This document shows positions 23,906 to 37,189 of a DNA stretch of 64,000 nucleotides, piece after piece. Within the stretch, counting starts at the first letter, position 1; the number at the start of each line of letters is the position of its first letter. Made by a program: the position numbers and the translations under genes. The notes below the pieces were generated by a model, which saw only the letters and a program-made list of their open reading frames with translations, was not told the origin of the DNA and did no database searches. The stretch covers positions 744,001 to 808,000 of the forward strand of contig NC_091994.1 of the NCBI RefSeq assembly GCF_044704955.1. The letters run 5' to 3'. The DNA is from Pristiophorus japonicus (Eukaryota).

Positions 23906-25823
23906 AAGCAAGTGCAGAGGCAGGGAAAGAGGGGAGCGAGGAAAGAACAAAAAGGATAGGGTGGAAGGCAGGAGAGATTAAATGACAAAAGAGCTGATGG
24001 TGTGAGGCGAAAGGAGATGGTAATGGGACAGGTATAGGAACACAAGATGGGTCCAGAGGAGATGTAAACGGCAGAATCAGCCACAGCTTCCATCAGAAAA
24101 ACTGGAGGTTCTGGTCTGCAATTGTTCAACTCAGTGTTTAGTCCGGAAGGCTGTCATGGCCTAATCGAAAGATGAGATGCTGTTTCTCTGCACGCTTGGT
24201 ACAGGCCCTCTAGGGGTCACTGTTTGCTTCTGTCTATTTGCAATGAGCTTATAAAAGTAAGAATTCAACGCAACGTTTTCAAGATGATGAAGGGAACTGA
24301 CAAATTGATTTCTATGGTGAAGGGTTCAAATCCCAAGGGACCCGAGTTAAAAATGAGTTTGTAAGAAGGAAAGTTGGACAAAACTTTTAAACACAAAGGG
24401 TGGTATCGCGAAGTTGTGTAATAATTTACCAGAGATCTTCTTTGAAGCGGAACAGGGTAAAAAGGGATTAAGAAATAGTTGGATGGGTTTCTGGAGAAAC
24501 GGGTTGAGGGACATGGTGGGCAGCACCCTCCATAAAATCCGACTGGAAATTCTGCCGCACACATCCTGTCCCACATGGTAGTTCTGCTCGCCCATCACAC
24601 TGCCCCCACTGCTTCTCTGTCGAACACGTTCAAAATCCTCATCCTGTAAATCCTTTCATGGCCTTCCCTTGCTCTGTATCTGCAACTTTGTCCCTTCCCA
24701 AACTCAGGTTCCCAACTCTGGTTGGAGATATTCCTGGAGGTGTCATCACATGACCTGTCTCCAACCATCCCATGCTCTCACGCCATTGGTTGCCCAACAT
24801 GTCCATCCTTGCGGAGCCCCACCTTCCCACGACCAATCGGAATGCAAACAGACTCTTCGCTACCCCGATTGGATAATTTTTGACTGTCAGTCGAACAGAC
24901 GTTTTCCTTATCTCTGATATTTTTATGACTTAAAAAAAAATGTTTTAAAACACAATTTTTAACGGCCTATGATTTTTCTTCCGGGAGTTGCTCACATCTG
25001 AGTCCTGGAGATTGATTTTTCATTGCTGGAGACACCAGGGAAATCCTGGAGAGTTGGCAGGTCTTCTCCCGATCACTCTCTTCCTCTCGACCCCAACCTT
25101 CTGCGCGTCCTCTCTCCCTTTGCTCAACCTTCAGCCACCTCAGCCCGACTCTCTGGCTCTCCCTCACACTCACGGCCGTGCAGCACCTGACCTGCCAACG
25201 TTTGATGCCGATTGTATTACTGTTGAAGTGCCATCACTGGTTTTATGCAGGAAAACACGGCAACCGGTTTGCACACAGCAAGTGTCCACAAAGAGCAACA
25301 AAATGAGCGACCACTTAATCACTTTTATTTTTGGTGTTGTTGCTGGGGGGAGGAATATTGGCCAGGACACCAGGAGAACTCTCTGCGAAAGCACTTCAGT
25401 CCTTGGCACTCAAGTTTTTAAAATTTGTTCATGGAATGTGGGCGTCGCTGGTGAGGCTGGTATTTATTGCCCATCTCTAATTGCCCTTGTCCTTCTAGGT
25501 GGTGGAGGTCATGGGCTTGGGAGGTATATTGTGGTGAATCTCTGCAATTCTCTGCCCCAGAGGGCTGTGGATGCTGAGTCTCTGAGGTGGGTAGATTTTT
25601 GGGTCCAGGGGAATCGAGGGATATGGGGATCGGGCGGGAAAGTGGAGGTGAGGTCGAAGATCAGTCATGATCTTATTGACTGGCGGAGCAGGCTCGAGGG
25701 GCCGAATGGCCGACTCCTGCTCCTGTTTCTTATGTTCTGCCAAAGTGCTTTATAAATGCAAGTTCTTTCTTTCTAAATGAACACTCCCCCAACCCACCCC
25801 CTCCCCCATCAATTCAGACTTAC

Positions 25824-25890
25824 CCAGTAGAACTTCCACACACCGTACGTGATTTCCATGCACTGCGTATAGCAGCGGAGTTCCCCCATT
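25824..25890 (-). CDS. RFXANK: RFXANK coding exon 6
   Basis: ccgcag|[23 protein letters not shown]|gtaagt. Confidence 0.95.
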
Positions 25891-26369
25891 CTGCGGGAAG
25901 GACACAAACAGCTTGTTACAGGCTCGGTACCACAGGGTCTAAGGAGACACACAGCTACCCCCGTAACTCTCAGCTGTCCCAATTACAGCCCATAAGCTGT
26001 AGGTGCATTTAACGGGAAGCTGGATGAACAAAGAGGGAGAAAGGAATCGGAGGATATGGTGATGGGGGGAGAATGAAGAGGGGTGGGAGGGAGGGGAGAG
26101 AATGAAGAGGGAGGGAGGAGGCCCGTGTGGAGCATAAACACCGCACGGACCGGCTGGGCCGAGTGAGCCGTTTTGGTGCTGCCCATTCGATGTAATATAT
26201 ATCCGACCATTTCTGGTGTGCAAATACTTTGGTGCTAGCCCTCCTCAATTGTCTGTGAAACAGAACATTAAATTCATGAACTAGTACCAGCAGATTCAAA
26301 CAGTTTGTAACTTAACCTGGGGTCAGCCAAAAGGACTTTAAATTTACCGTTTGGTACATCTGTACCATA

Positions 26370-27030
26370 GGGCGTTGGTGAGGTCACACCTGGAGTACTG
26401 CGTACAATTGTACAGGGTATTGGTGAGGCCACACCTGGAGTACTGCGTACAACTGTACAGGGCATTGGTGAGGCTACACCCGGAGTAATGCACACAGCTT
26501 TGGTCTCCTTATTTAAGGGAGGGATACACTTGCATTGGAGGCTGTTCAGAGAAGGTTCACCAGGTTGATTCCTGAGCTGAAGGGATTGTCATTTGAAGAA
26601 AGGTTGATTAGGTTGGGCCTATACACATTGCAGTTGAGAAGAATGAGAGGCGATCTTATTGAAACATAAGATTCTGAGGGGGCTTGACAGGGGAGATGCT
26701 GAGAGGATGTTCCCCTTGTGGGGGAATCTAGAACTAGGGGGTATAGTTTCAGAATAAGGAGTCTAAAACAGAAATGAGGAGAAATTTCTTCTCTCAGAGG
26801 ATTGTAAATCTGTGGAATTCTCTGCCCCACAGAGCTGTGGAGGCTGGGCCATTGAATATATTTAAGGCGAAGATAGACAGATATTTGAATGATAAAGGAG
26901 TGAAGGGTTATGGGGAGCGGGCGGGGAAGTGGAGCTGAGTCCATGATCAGATCAGCCATGATCTTATTGAATGGTGGAGCAGGCTCAAGGGGCCGAATGG
27001 CCGACTCCTGCTCCTATTTCTGATGTTCTT
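26370..27030 (+). mobile_element. CR1 3' fragment with about 3 copies of a 45-bp internal unit at its 5' end
   Basis: gtacagggtattggtgaggccacacctggagtactgc repeated at 45-bp period; CR1 tail. Confidence 0.85.
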
Positions 27031-27209
27031 TATATACAGTCCGCAGGGCTCCACCGTGCAAAGCTAAGTGGCCCAAACCAAAGACAGAGGTGTCACAATG
27101 TTTTAACAGTCTTCATTGTTTAAAAACGGCGTCCACAGCAACGTAATCCCCTTGCCCGCCTTCCCCCAAGGCACAAGTGTCGGGCAGGACAGCAGGAGTT
27201 TAACCTCAC

Positions 27210-27335
27210 CCAGTCATAAATGTTGACATCCACCCCGTGTTCCAGCAATAGCAGGACGATGTCCATGTAGCCCTGGATGCTCGCCAGTGACAGCGTGCTC
27301 TCGCGCTCCTTGGCCAGAGAGTGTGGGTCAGCACC
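27210..27335 (-). CDS. RFXANK: RFXANK coding exon 5
   Basis: ttacag|[42 protein letters not shown]|gtgagg; ankyrin repeat. Confidence 0.96.
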
Positions 27336-28179
27336 CTGTAAGAACAGCAACATCAGTGCGTCGGGTAGACTATTTCACCTGCAACACTCTGTTTATCCAT
27401 TTACATTCGTTATGTATTGGGGTTCAATTCAATTCAAATCCCCCTCCCCCTTTCCTTGGCGTACAGTTCCACTGGGCGCTGGCAGTGCCCTGGTTCCTCA
27501 CCCGGGTGGCTATTCTGTGCCTAGTCACTGAGTAGTCCATTGGCTATTCAACTGCGTAGTACTTCACAACGGACCACAATCCTGTCCCATTGCTTTCTCC
27601 GATAGATCTTCCAGCGGTGCTCACAAGATTATTACTTGTAATAATAATAATGAGTGATTACGCTCACTAATACAGGGATACTGAGGACAGTTGCAGTGCT
27701 CCGACTGTGCGCTCAGACTGGGATCGAGCCTGCGGCCTTCGCGGTCTGCGCACTTCAGTAGGACACCGGGCATTGCTATTCGACAAGGAGCTGCTCGCAG
27801 AGCCCACAGCAGGCAGCTTGAACTCTATCTGACGGGCAGAACGGCAGGTAGGAATGGCACACAGCTGATCCCGAGATCCTAGTCCCGGCTGTTGGGCTGT
27901 GGGGGCAGCACCTAGCACACGCTGGACATGTCCCCCCTTCCCATCCCTTCTAGTGTAGAGGGAGCTTTACTCTGTATCTAATCCCTGTTGTTCCTGAGTT
28001 GGGAGTGTTTAATACTGACATTTGTTGCCTGAAATGAAAAGTGTTCCTTTCTTCATTGTTGCAAATTAATGTGTAAAATTTCCCCAAACAATGGTTTAAG
28101 CGGCCCTGGCATTGCGACTGACTGCACCGCCCCCATCGATGGGCACGGATGCCTTTTCAAAGCAGCGCAGTGAAAAACC

Positions 28180-28585
28180 TGATTTCAAAATTTTCATCCT
28201 TATTTTCAAATCCCTCCATGGCCCTCGCCCCTCCCTATCTCTGTAATCTCCTCCAACCCCACAACCCCCCCAGATCTCTGCACTCCTCTAATTCTGGCCT
28301 CTTAACCATCCCTGATTATAATCGCTCCACCATCGGTGGCCGTGCCTTCTGTTGCCTGGGCCCCAAGCTCTGGAACTCCCTCCCTAAACCTCTCCGCCTC
28401 TCTACCTCTGTCTCCTTCTTCAAGATGCTCCTTAAAACCCACCTCTTTGACCAAGCTTTTGGTCACTTGCGCTAATTTCTACTTATGTGGCTCAGTGTCA
28501 AATTTTTATCTTATAATCCTCCTGTGAAGCGCCTTGGGTCGTTTCACTACGTTAAAGGCGCTATATAAATACACGTTGTTGTTGT
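28180..28585 (+). mobile_element. L2-clade LINE 3' fragment
   Basis: APPYLCNLL...RSTIGGRAF...PKLWNSLP; tail gcgctatataaat(gtt)n; second copy 28913-29180. Confidence 0.8.
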
Positions 28586-28605
28586 TAATGATGCCTTGGA
28601 CTCAC

Positions 28606-28706
28606 CATTTCCAGCAAAAACTTCACAACAGTAATCTCCCCAAAAGCTGCGGCCCACATTAGTGGCGTGAAACCTCTCTCATCCGCCACATTGAGCAGGG
28701 AGCTCC
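28606..28706 (-). CDS. RFXANK: RFXANK coding exon 4
   Basis: tttcag|(G)[33 protein letters not shown]|gtgagt. Confidence 0.96.
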
Positions 28707-29426
28707 CTGAAAGATGGAAGAACAGGAACATCGGCATTTTGCAGGAAGAGAGCAACAGGACCGGAGCCATTCAGCCCATCAAACCTGCCCGCACCATTGT
28801 CTTCACCATGACAGGTGACTGGAGCATCACATGATTACTATTGGCCAATGAGATTGCATACAGAGAGCGAGAGCGACACACACACAGATTTAGGAACAGG
28901 TGGAGGCCATTCTGCGCTCCTCTAATTCTGCCCTCCTGACCATCCCTGATTATAATCGCTCCACCATCGGTGGCCGTGCCTTCTGTTGCCTGGGCCCCAA
29001 GCTCTGGAACTCCCTCCCTAAACCTCTCCACCTCTCTACCTCTCTCTCCTCCTTCAAGACACTCCTTAAAACCGACCTCTTTGTCACCTGCCGTAATTTC
29101 TACTTAGGCGGCTCGGTGTCGAATCTATTTATTTTGTTTTATATCACTCCTGTGAAGCGCTTCGGGACGTTTTACTACATTGTCCTTGCCCGGCCTGACT
29201 CTAATCCCACACCAGCATGGTTGGCTTTTAATTCCCCTCAACAGTTGTATCAAAGCAGCAACTACTGGTTTAAGAAGGGCAGCCCATCACCTTCTGGGGG
29301 ATGGGCAATAAATGCCGGGCTTCCCAGCGACACATCCCGAGAGTGAATAACCGACAGAACTCGCGAGGAGACCACACAAGCCTCCATAAGAGTTGGCATC
29401 AAAGCAGCTCAATTTCCAGTGCTCAC

Positions 29427-29492
29427 CTTGATGAAGATGTTCCATTAGTTGGGACAGGTCTCCCTGAGCAGCGAGCTGGTGAATCGATAGTG
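29427..29492 (-). CDS. RFXANK: RFXANK coding exon 3
   Basis: tcacag|(T)LSIHQLAAQGDLSQLMEHLHQ G|gtgagc. Confidence 0.95.
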
Positions 29493-29672
29493 CTGTGAGA
29501 GGAGCAAGAAGAATATTTGTCACATTAAGTATCAAAAGTCTGGTGGGGTTCCGAATTTTATAAATGTCTGGATTTGAATCCCTCTCCATTGGACCTGTCT
29601 CCTCTCAGACTCAGGTATGAGTCCAGCCCTGAATGGTAACACGAGTATCTGTGTCCTCTTGTGTGGCTGTAA

Positions 29673-30622
29673 GCCGTGACTCAGTGGGTAGCACCCTCGC
29701 CTCTGAGTTAGAAGGTTGTGGGTTCAAGTCCCACTCCAGGGACAAGCACAAAAATCTAGACTGACACTCCCAGTGCAGTACTGAGGGAGCCCCGCACTGT
29801 CGGAGGGGCAGTACTGAGGGAGTGTAGCACTGAGGGAGCCCTGCACTATCGGAGGGGCAGTACTGAGGGAGCGGCACACTGTCGGAGGGGCAGTACTGAG
29901 GGAGCGCCGCACTGTCGGAGGGGCAGTACTGAGGGAGCGCAGCACTGTCGGAGGGGCGGTACTGAGGGAGCGCTGCACTGTCGGAGGGGCAGTACTGAGG
30001 GAGTGCAACACTGTCGGAGGGGTAGTACTGAGGGAGTGCAACACTGTCGGAGGGGCGGTTCGGAGGGGCAGTACTGAGGGAGTGCAACACTGTCGGAGGG
30101 GTAGTACTGAGAGAGCGCTGCACTGTCAGGGGGGCAGTACTGAGAGAGCGCTGCACTGTCGGAGGGGCAGTACTGAGGGAGCGCCACACTGTCGGAGGGG
30201 CAGTACTGAAGGAGTGCCGGAGGGGCAGTACTGAGGGAGTGCCGCACTGTCGGAGGGGCAGTACTGCGGGAGCCCCGCACTGTCGGAGGGTGCCGTCTTT
30301 CAGATGAGACGTTCAACCGAGGCCCCGTCTGCTCTCTCAGGTGGACGTAAAGGATCCCATGGCACTATTTCGAAGAAGAGCAGGGGAGTTCTCCCCGTTG
30401 TCCTGGGGCCAATATTTATCCCTCAATCAACATCACTAAAACAGATTATCTGGTAATTTATCTCATTGCTGTTTGTGGGAGCTTGCTGTGCACAAATTGG
30501 CTGCCCCGTTTCCCACATTACAACAGTGACTACATTTCAAAGCAAGTACTTGATTGGCTATTCAGCGCTTTGGGACTTCCTTCGATTGCGAAAGGCATTA
30601 TACAAATGAAGTTCTTTCTTTT
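29673..30622 (+). mobile_element. Full DeuSINE with internal 33-bp minisatellite (about 29775-30290)
   Basis: A-box tgactcagtgg, B-box ggttcaagtcc, array, Deu core, tttc tail. Confidence 0.9.
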
Positions 30623-30953
30623 AAGCATCCTAAGTTAGGGGCATTCTAAAGCCTGTTAGAGACTAATTGGCATCAATTTACAGTCTCATTGGGACAGGCG
30701 ACAGGTTGGTTCCTGTCGGAGGTGTAAGTATCACGCTGATGTCATAGTGTCCCAGCTTTTGGTATTTGCAGCCTGCAGGTAAAAATAAAGTCTTGCATTT
30801 CTATAGCGTCTTTCACGACCTCAAGGCGTCCCAAAGCGCTTTACAGCCAATGAAGTAGTTTTTGAAGTGTAGTCACTGTTGTGATGTGGGAAACGCGGCA
30901 GCAGAAAGCCGGTTCAGAGTAGCCGGTGTGGAAACAGTTGCCGGGGTGCTCAC

Positions 30954-31073
30954 TGTCCAGATTTGCCGGCCGCGATGAGATCTCGTTCCCTCGCTGTCTG
31001 TTAGTGAGCGTCGTGGCGTACTTGTACGTGGCACTGGATTTCTCCGGAAGCGAGCTTGGTATCGTTAAAGGTT
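30954..31073 (-). CDS. RFXANK: RFXANK coding exon 2
   Basis: ccccag|(E)PLTIPSSLPEKSSATYKYATTLTNRQRGNEISSRPANLD A|gtgagc; TTLTNRQRGNE is RFXANK-type. Confidence 0.93.
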
Positions 31074-31987
31074 CTGGGGAAAGAGAAACCATCCACAGCA
31101 GTTAGTACAACAGAAGGCAATAAGAACATAAGAAATAGGAGCAGGAGTCGGCCATTCGGCCCCTCGAGCCTGCTCCGCCATTCAATAAGGTCATGGCTGA
31201 TGTTCAGCTGTACTTTGCTGCCCGATCCCCATATCCCTTGATTCCCTTAGTAGGTTGGGTGAAGGAACAGCGATGGGTTTTGACATGTCACTATTTGGGA
31301 CCAGCGCTCCCCTTTCCTCCTGCCAAGGCTTCAATCTGAAGTAGCAGGTCAAGATTTACCTTTCCGATATCATTTAATATATTTACAGCTGGAAGATCGT
31401 CTCAGCCCCTCCTTATATAGAATTCGCAGCACTGAAACTGGCCCAATAAAAGACTCAATTAAACCCCAGCCAGTCGGGTTCGGGGGATCCACGATGGGGC
31501 AAGTGGTTGTGAGCCTGGTGGATTAACCGGTAATGTGTCGTGTGATTGTTAAACCTTTGCTAATAAACCAACTAGTTCTTAATAGCAATGTGTTGCTATG
31601 AATTCTTAAGCAAAGAACCCGTGAGGCGAGTTCCACATTCTCACCACTCTCTGGGTAAAGAAGTTTCTCCTGAATTCCCCATTGGGTTTATCGGTGACTG
31701 TCTGATACTGATGGCCCCGAGGTTTGGTCTCCCTCACAAGGGGAAACATTCTCTGTACATCTATTGAGCTCTTTCATAAAGATCTGTATCAGGTCACCCC
31801 TTGGCCCAGCCTCTTCAGTCTTTCCTGATACAGGGTAGTTAGAACTCTCAGTTCTGGTATTTCAAAGACTAAAGAGGCCCAGTTGCTGTAACTCCACCCT
31901 CTTGGCATTAGGGACCGGTCTCGTGACTCCCACCTTTTCTAAAAATGGACATTAGCTTTCGCCAAGGTGCCTTACGTTGTGACTTAC

Positions 31988-32297
31988 CATTGGGTAGTAC
32001 AGAGACCACCTCAGGTTCAGAGGTCATTTGATCCTGCTCCCGTTCTTGAATGCTTTCAAGATTAAGTGTTATGACTTGTTGTAAGTGCTCATTGAGCTGC
32101 AGAGTTGCACACTTTATCTGGATTATGCTGCTTGGTGCAACTTCTGCTGCTGGTTCCTTCTTGACAGGTTTATTTGAAAACGTGTTCTGACTGTGAGCGT
32201 GATCTCCATTACGGTACGGCAGTGGTTCGCCAGTTGGGCCTTCGACAACACTGATGGTTCCACCTGCAGGTCGGGGATCACTTTCCTCTTCATCCAT
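31988..32297 (-). CDS. RFXANK: RFXANK coding exon 1 (exon starts at acceptor 32312)
   Basis: tttcag acceptor, in-frame TAA directly before ATG, MDEEESDP...VVSVLPN G|gtaagt phase-compatible with the next exon; sequence divergent from mammals. Full CDS 996 nt, 331 aa. Confidence 0.75.
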
Positions 32298-32370
32298 TTA
32301 GCCGTGGTTCCTCTGAAATGGTATCATGGAGTCAAGAGTTTACAGCAGTACGTTGTAGACTTTTGTAATA

Positions 32371-32695
32371 CAGATTGAACCTCCCTTACCCGGAATCCTC
32401 GGGACCTGCCTGCTCTGGATAAGGGATTTTTCCGAGGGAGGGATGGTCACGTTAAATTGGATGATACAGGTACTGAGCAAGGAGATATCGGGGCTGGCTG
32501 GCTTGGGGCTGGGAATGTAGCAGAGAGATGGTGGATCACGGGGTCAGGCCAGCGATTGCGGGAGTCGGTTACGAGGAAGGACTTCCAATTTGTTCATGTC
32601 GGAGTTCTGCGCATGTGCCATCCGGTGGCCGGGAATGGTTCCGAACGAGGGGTGGTTCCAGATAAGGGAGTTCTGGATAAGGGAGGGTCACCCTG
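32371..32695. mobile_element. Tc1/mariner (Tigger/pogo-like) MITE
   Basis: Imperfect TIRs cagattgaacctcccttacccgga / ctggataagggagggtcaccctg flanked by TA on both sides. Confidence 0.7.
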
Positions 32696-32744
32696 TATGT
32701 ATATTGCTGGTAGCTTTTCGTGTTAGACAGGCTGTACCTCCTAG

Positions 32745-33549
32745 TGTCAACGGTGTCTCATTGGGTAGCACTCTCGCCACTGAATCGGAAGGTTTGTGGG
32801 TTCAAGTCCCACCCCAGCGACTTGGGGAAAGAAAAAGAGAAAGACTTGCATTTATATAACGACTTTCACAACTTCAGGACGACCCAAAGCATTTTACAAC
32901 CAATGACATACTTTTGAAGTGCAGTCACTGTTGGAGGAACTTGAGCACAGTGCCAGTACTGAGGGAGTGCCGCACTGTCGGAGGGGCAGTACTGAGGGAG
33001 TGCCGCACTGTCGGAGGGGCAGTACTGAGGGAGTGCCGCACTGTCGGAGGGGCTGTACTGAGGGAGCGCTGCACTGTCGGAGAGTCAGTACTGAGGGAGT
33101 GCTGCACTGTCGGAGAGTCAGTACTGAGGGAGCGCTGCACTGTCGGAGTGTCAGTACTGAGGGAGGGAGTGCTGCACTGTCAGAGGGGCTGTACTGAGGG
33201 AGCGCTGCACTGTCGGAGAGTCAGTACTGAGGGAGTGCCGCACTGTCGGAGAGTCAGTACTGAGGGAGTGCTGCACTGTCGGAGGGGCTGTACTGAGGGA
33301 GTGCTGCACTGTCGGAGGGGCTGTACTGAGGGAGCGCTGCACTATCGGAGGTGCCGTCTTTTGGATGAGATTTTAAACCGAGGCCCTGTCTGCTCTCTCA
33401 GGTGGGTGTAAAACATCCCATGGCACTATTTCGAAGAAGAGCAGAGGAGTTCTCCCCGTTGTCCTGGGCCCAATTTTTACCCTCAATCAACATCACTAAA
33501 ACAGATTATCTGGTCATTATCACATTGCTGTGTGTGGGAGCTTGCTGTG
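32745..33549 (+). mobile_element. DeuSINE 5' part with 33-bp array (32950-33350); resumes at 40346-40480 after nested insertions
   Basis: gagcttgctgtg| ... |ctgtgcgcaaattggc; TSD ctgtg 33545-33549/40346-40350. Confidence 0.85.
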
Positions 33550-34181
33550 AACATAAGAACATAAGAACATAAGAATTAGGAACAGGAGTAGGCCATCTAG
33601 CCCCTCGAGCCTGCTCCGCCATTCAACAAGATCATGGCTGATCTGGCCGTGGACTCAGCTCCACTTACCCGCCCGCTCCCCGTATCCCTTAACTCCCTTA
33701 TTGGTTAAAAATCTATCTATCTGTGACTTGAATACATTCAATGAGCTAGCCTCAACTGCTTCCATGGGCAGAGAATTCCACAGATTCACAACTCTCGGGA
33801 AAAGAAATTCCTTCTCAACTCGGTTTTAAATTGGCTCCCCCGTATTTTGAGGCTGTGCCCCCTAGTTCTAGTCTCCCCGACCAGTGGAAACAACCTCTCT
33901 GCCTCTATCTTGTCTATCCCTTTCATTATCTTAAATGTTTCTATAAGATCACCCCTCATCCTTCTGAACTCCAACGAGTAAAGACCCAGTCTACTCAATC
34001 TATCATCATAAGCCGAGTGAATCGTCTCTGTACCCCCTCCAAAGCCAGTATATCCTTTCTTAAGTAAGGTGACCAAAACTGCATAGAAACATAGAAACAT
34101 AGAAAATAGGTGCAGGAGTAGGCCATTCGGCCCTTCTAGCCTGCACCGCCATTCAATGAGTTCATGGCTGAACATTCAACT

Positions 34182-37100
34182 TCAGTACCCCATTCCTGCT
34201 TTCTCACCATACCCCTTGATCCCCCTAGTAGTAAGGACCTCATCTAACTCCTTTTTGAATATATTTAGTGAATTGGCCTCAACAACTTTCTGTGGTAGAG
34301 AATTCCACAGGTTCACCACTCTCTGGGTGAAGAAGTTCCTCCGCATCTCGGTCCTAAATGGCTTACCCCTTATCCTTAGACTGTGACCTCTGGTTCTGGA
34401 CTTCCCCAACATTGGGAACATTCTTCCTGCATCTAACTTGTCTAACCCCGTCAGAATTTTAAATGTTTCTATGAGGTCCCCTCTCATTCTTCTGAACTCC
34501 AGTGAATACAAGCCCAGTTGATCCAGTCTTTCTTGATAGGTCAGTCTCGCCATCCCGGGAATCAGTCTGGTGAACCTTCGCTGCACTCCCTCAATAGCAA
34601 GAATGTCCTTCCTCAGGTTAGGAGACCAAAACTGTACACAATACTCCAGGTGTGGCCTCACCAATGCCCTGTACAACTGTAGCAACACCTCCCTGCCCCT
34701 GTACTCAAATCCCCTTGCTATGAAGGCCAACATGCCATTTGCTTTCTTAACCGCCTGCTGCACCTGCATGCCAACCTTCAATGACTGATGTACCATGACA
34801 CCCAGGTCTCTTTGCACCTCCCCTTTTCCTAATCTGTCACCATTCAGATAATAGTCTGTCTCTCTGTTTTTACCACCAAAGTGGATAACCTCACATTTAT
34901 CCACATTATACTTCATCTGCGATGCATTTGCCCACTCACCTAACTTATCCAAGTCGCTCTGCAGCCTCACAGCATCCTCCTCGCGGCTCACACTGCCACC
35001 CAACTTAGTGTCATCCGCAAATTTGGAGATACTACATTTAATCCCTTCATCTAAATCATTAATGTACAGTGTAAACAGCTGGGGCCCCAGCACAGAACCT
35101 TGCGGTACCACACTAGTCACTGCCTGCCATTCTGAAAAGTACCCATTTACTCCTACTCTTTGCTTCCTGTCTGACAACCAGTTCTCAATCCATGTCAGTA
35201 CACTACCCCCAATCCCATGTGCTCTAACTTTGCACATCAATCTCTTGTGTGGGACCTTGTCGAACGCCTTCTGAAAGTCCAAATGTACCACATCAACTGG
35301 TTCTCCCTTATCCACTCTACTGGAAACATCCTCAAAAAATTCCAGAAGATTTGTCAAGCATGATTTCCCTTTCACAAATCCATGCTGACTTGGACCTATC
35401 ATGTCACCTCTTTCCAAATGCACTGCTATGACATCCTTAATAATTGATTCCATCATTTTACCCACTACCGATGTCAGGCTGACCGGTCTATAATTCCCTG
35501 TTTTCTCTCTCCCTCCTTTTTTAAAAAGTGGGGTTACATTGGCTACCCTCCACTCCATAGGAACTGATCCAGAGTCAATGGAATGTTGGAAAATGACTGT
35601 CAACGCATCCACTATTTCCAAGGCCACCTCCTTAAGTACTCTGGGATGCAGTCCATCAGGCCCTGGGGATTTATCGGCCTTCAATCCCATCAATTTCCCC
35701 AACACAATTTCCCGGCTAATAAGGATTTCCCTCAGTTCCTCCTCCTTACTAGATCCCCCGACCCCTTTTATAACCGGAAGGTTGTTCGTGTCCTCCTTCG
35801 TGAATACCGAACCAAAGTACTTGTTCAATTGGTCCGCCATTTCTTTGTTCCCCGTTATGACTTCCCCTGATTCTGACTGCAGGGACCTACGTTTGTCTTT
35901 ACTAACCTTTTTCTCTTTACATATCTATAGAAACTTTTGCAATCCGTCTTAATGTTCTCTGCAAGCTTCTTCTCATACTCCATTTTCCCTGCCCTAATCA
36001 AACCCTTTGTCCTCCTCTGCTGAGTTCTAAATTTCTCCCAGTCCCCAGGTTCGCTGCTATTTCTGGCCAATTTGTATGCCACTTCCTTGGCTTTAATACT
36101 ATCCCTGATTTCCCTTGATAGCCACGGTTGAGCCACCTTCCCTTTTTTATTTTTATGCCAGACAGGAATGTACAATTGTTGTAGTTCATCCATGCGGTCT
36201 CTAAATGTCTGCCATTGCCCATCCACAGTCAACCCCTTAAGTATCATTCGCCAATCCATCCCAGCCAATTCACGCCTCATACCTTCAAAGTTAGCCTTCT
36301 TTAAGTTCTGGACCATGGTCTCTGAATTAACTGTTTCATTCTCCATCCCAATGCAGAATTCCACCATATTATGGTCACTCTTCCCCAAGGGGCCTCGCAC
36401 AACGAGATTGCTAATTAATCCTCTCTCATTACATAACACCCAGTCTAAGATGGCCTCCCCCCTAGTTGGTTCCTCGACATATTGGTCTAAAAAACCATCC
36501 CTTATGCACTCCAGAAAATCCTCCTCCACCGTATTGCTTCCAGTTTGGTTAGCCCAATCTATGTGCATATTAAAGTCACCCATTATAACTGCTGCACCTT
36601 TATTGCACGCACCCCTAATTTCATGTTTGATGCCCTCCCCAACATCACTACTACTGTTTGGAGGTCTGTACAGAACTCCCACTAACGTTTTTTGCCCTTT
36701 GGTGTTCTGCAGCTCTACCCATATAGATTCCACATCATCCAAGCTAATGTCCTTCCTAACTATTGCCTTAATCTCCTCCTTAACCAGCAATGCTACCCCA
36801 CCTCCTTTTCCTTTTATTCTATCCTTCCTGAATGTTGAATACCCCTGGATGTTGAGTTCCCAGCCCTGATCATCCTGGAGCCACGTCTCCGTAATCCCAA
36901 TCACATCATATTTGTTAACATCTATTTGCACAGTTAATTCATCCACCTTATTGCGGATACTCCTTGCATTAAGACACAAAGCCTTTAGGCTTGTTTTTTT
37001 AACACCCTCTGTCCTTTTAGAATTTTGCTGTACAATGGCCCTTTTTGTTCTTTGCCTTGGGTTTCTCTGCCCTCCACTTTTCCTCATCTCCTTTCTGTCT

Positions 37101-37189
37101 TTTGTTTTTGCCTCCTTTTTGTTTCCCTCTATCTCCCTGCATTGGTTCCCATCCCCCTGCCATATTAGTTTAACTCCTCCCCAACAGCA
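34182..37189 (-). pseudogene. CR1 ORF2 (AP endonuclease + reverse transcriptase) split by a 1-nt deletion near 35881
   Basis: LNARSI, GITETW, MGDFN, SDH (APE); PQGSVLGP, KFADD (RT); GPCSQ versus intact GPLQSE in the copy at 345-365. Confidence 0.9.

Noticed and set aside
29673-29740. tRNA-like sequences with A and B boxes (also 15100, 32755, 49090, 51460)
   Set aside because: SINE heads continuing into SINE bodies; no complete cloverleaf seen.
20051-32297. ANKRA2 instead of RFXANK
   Set aside because: TNRQRGNE, AFGEI and LAKERES, plus adjacency to NR2C2AP, match RFXANK.
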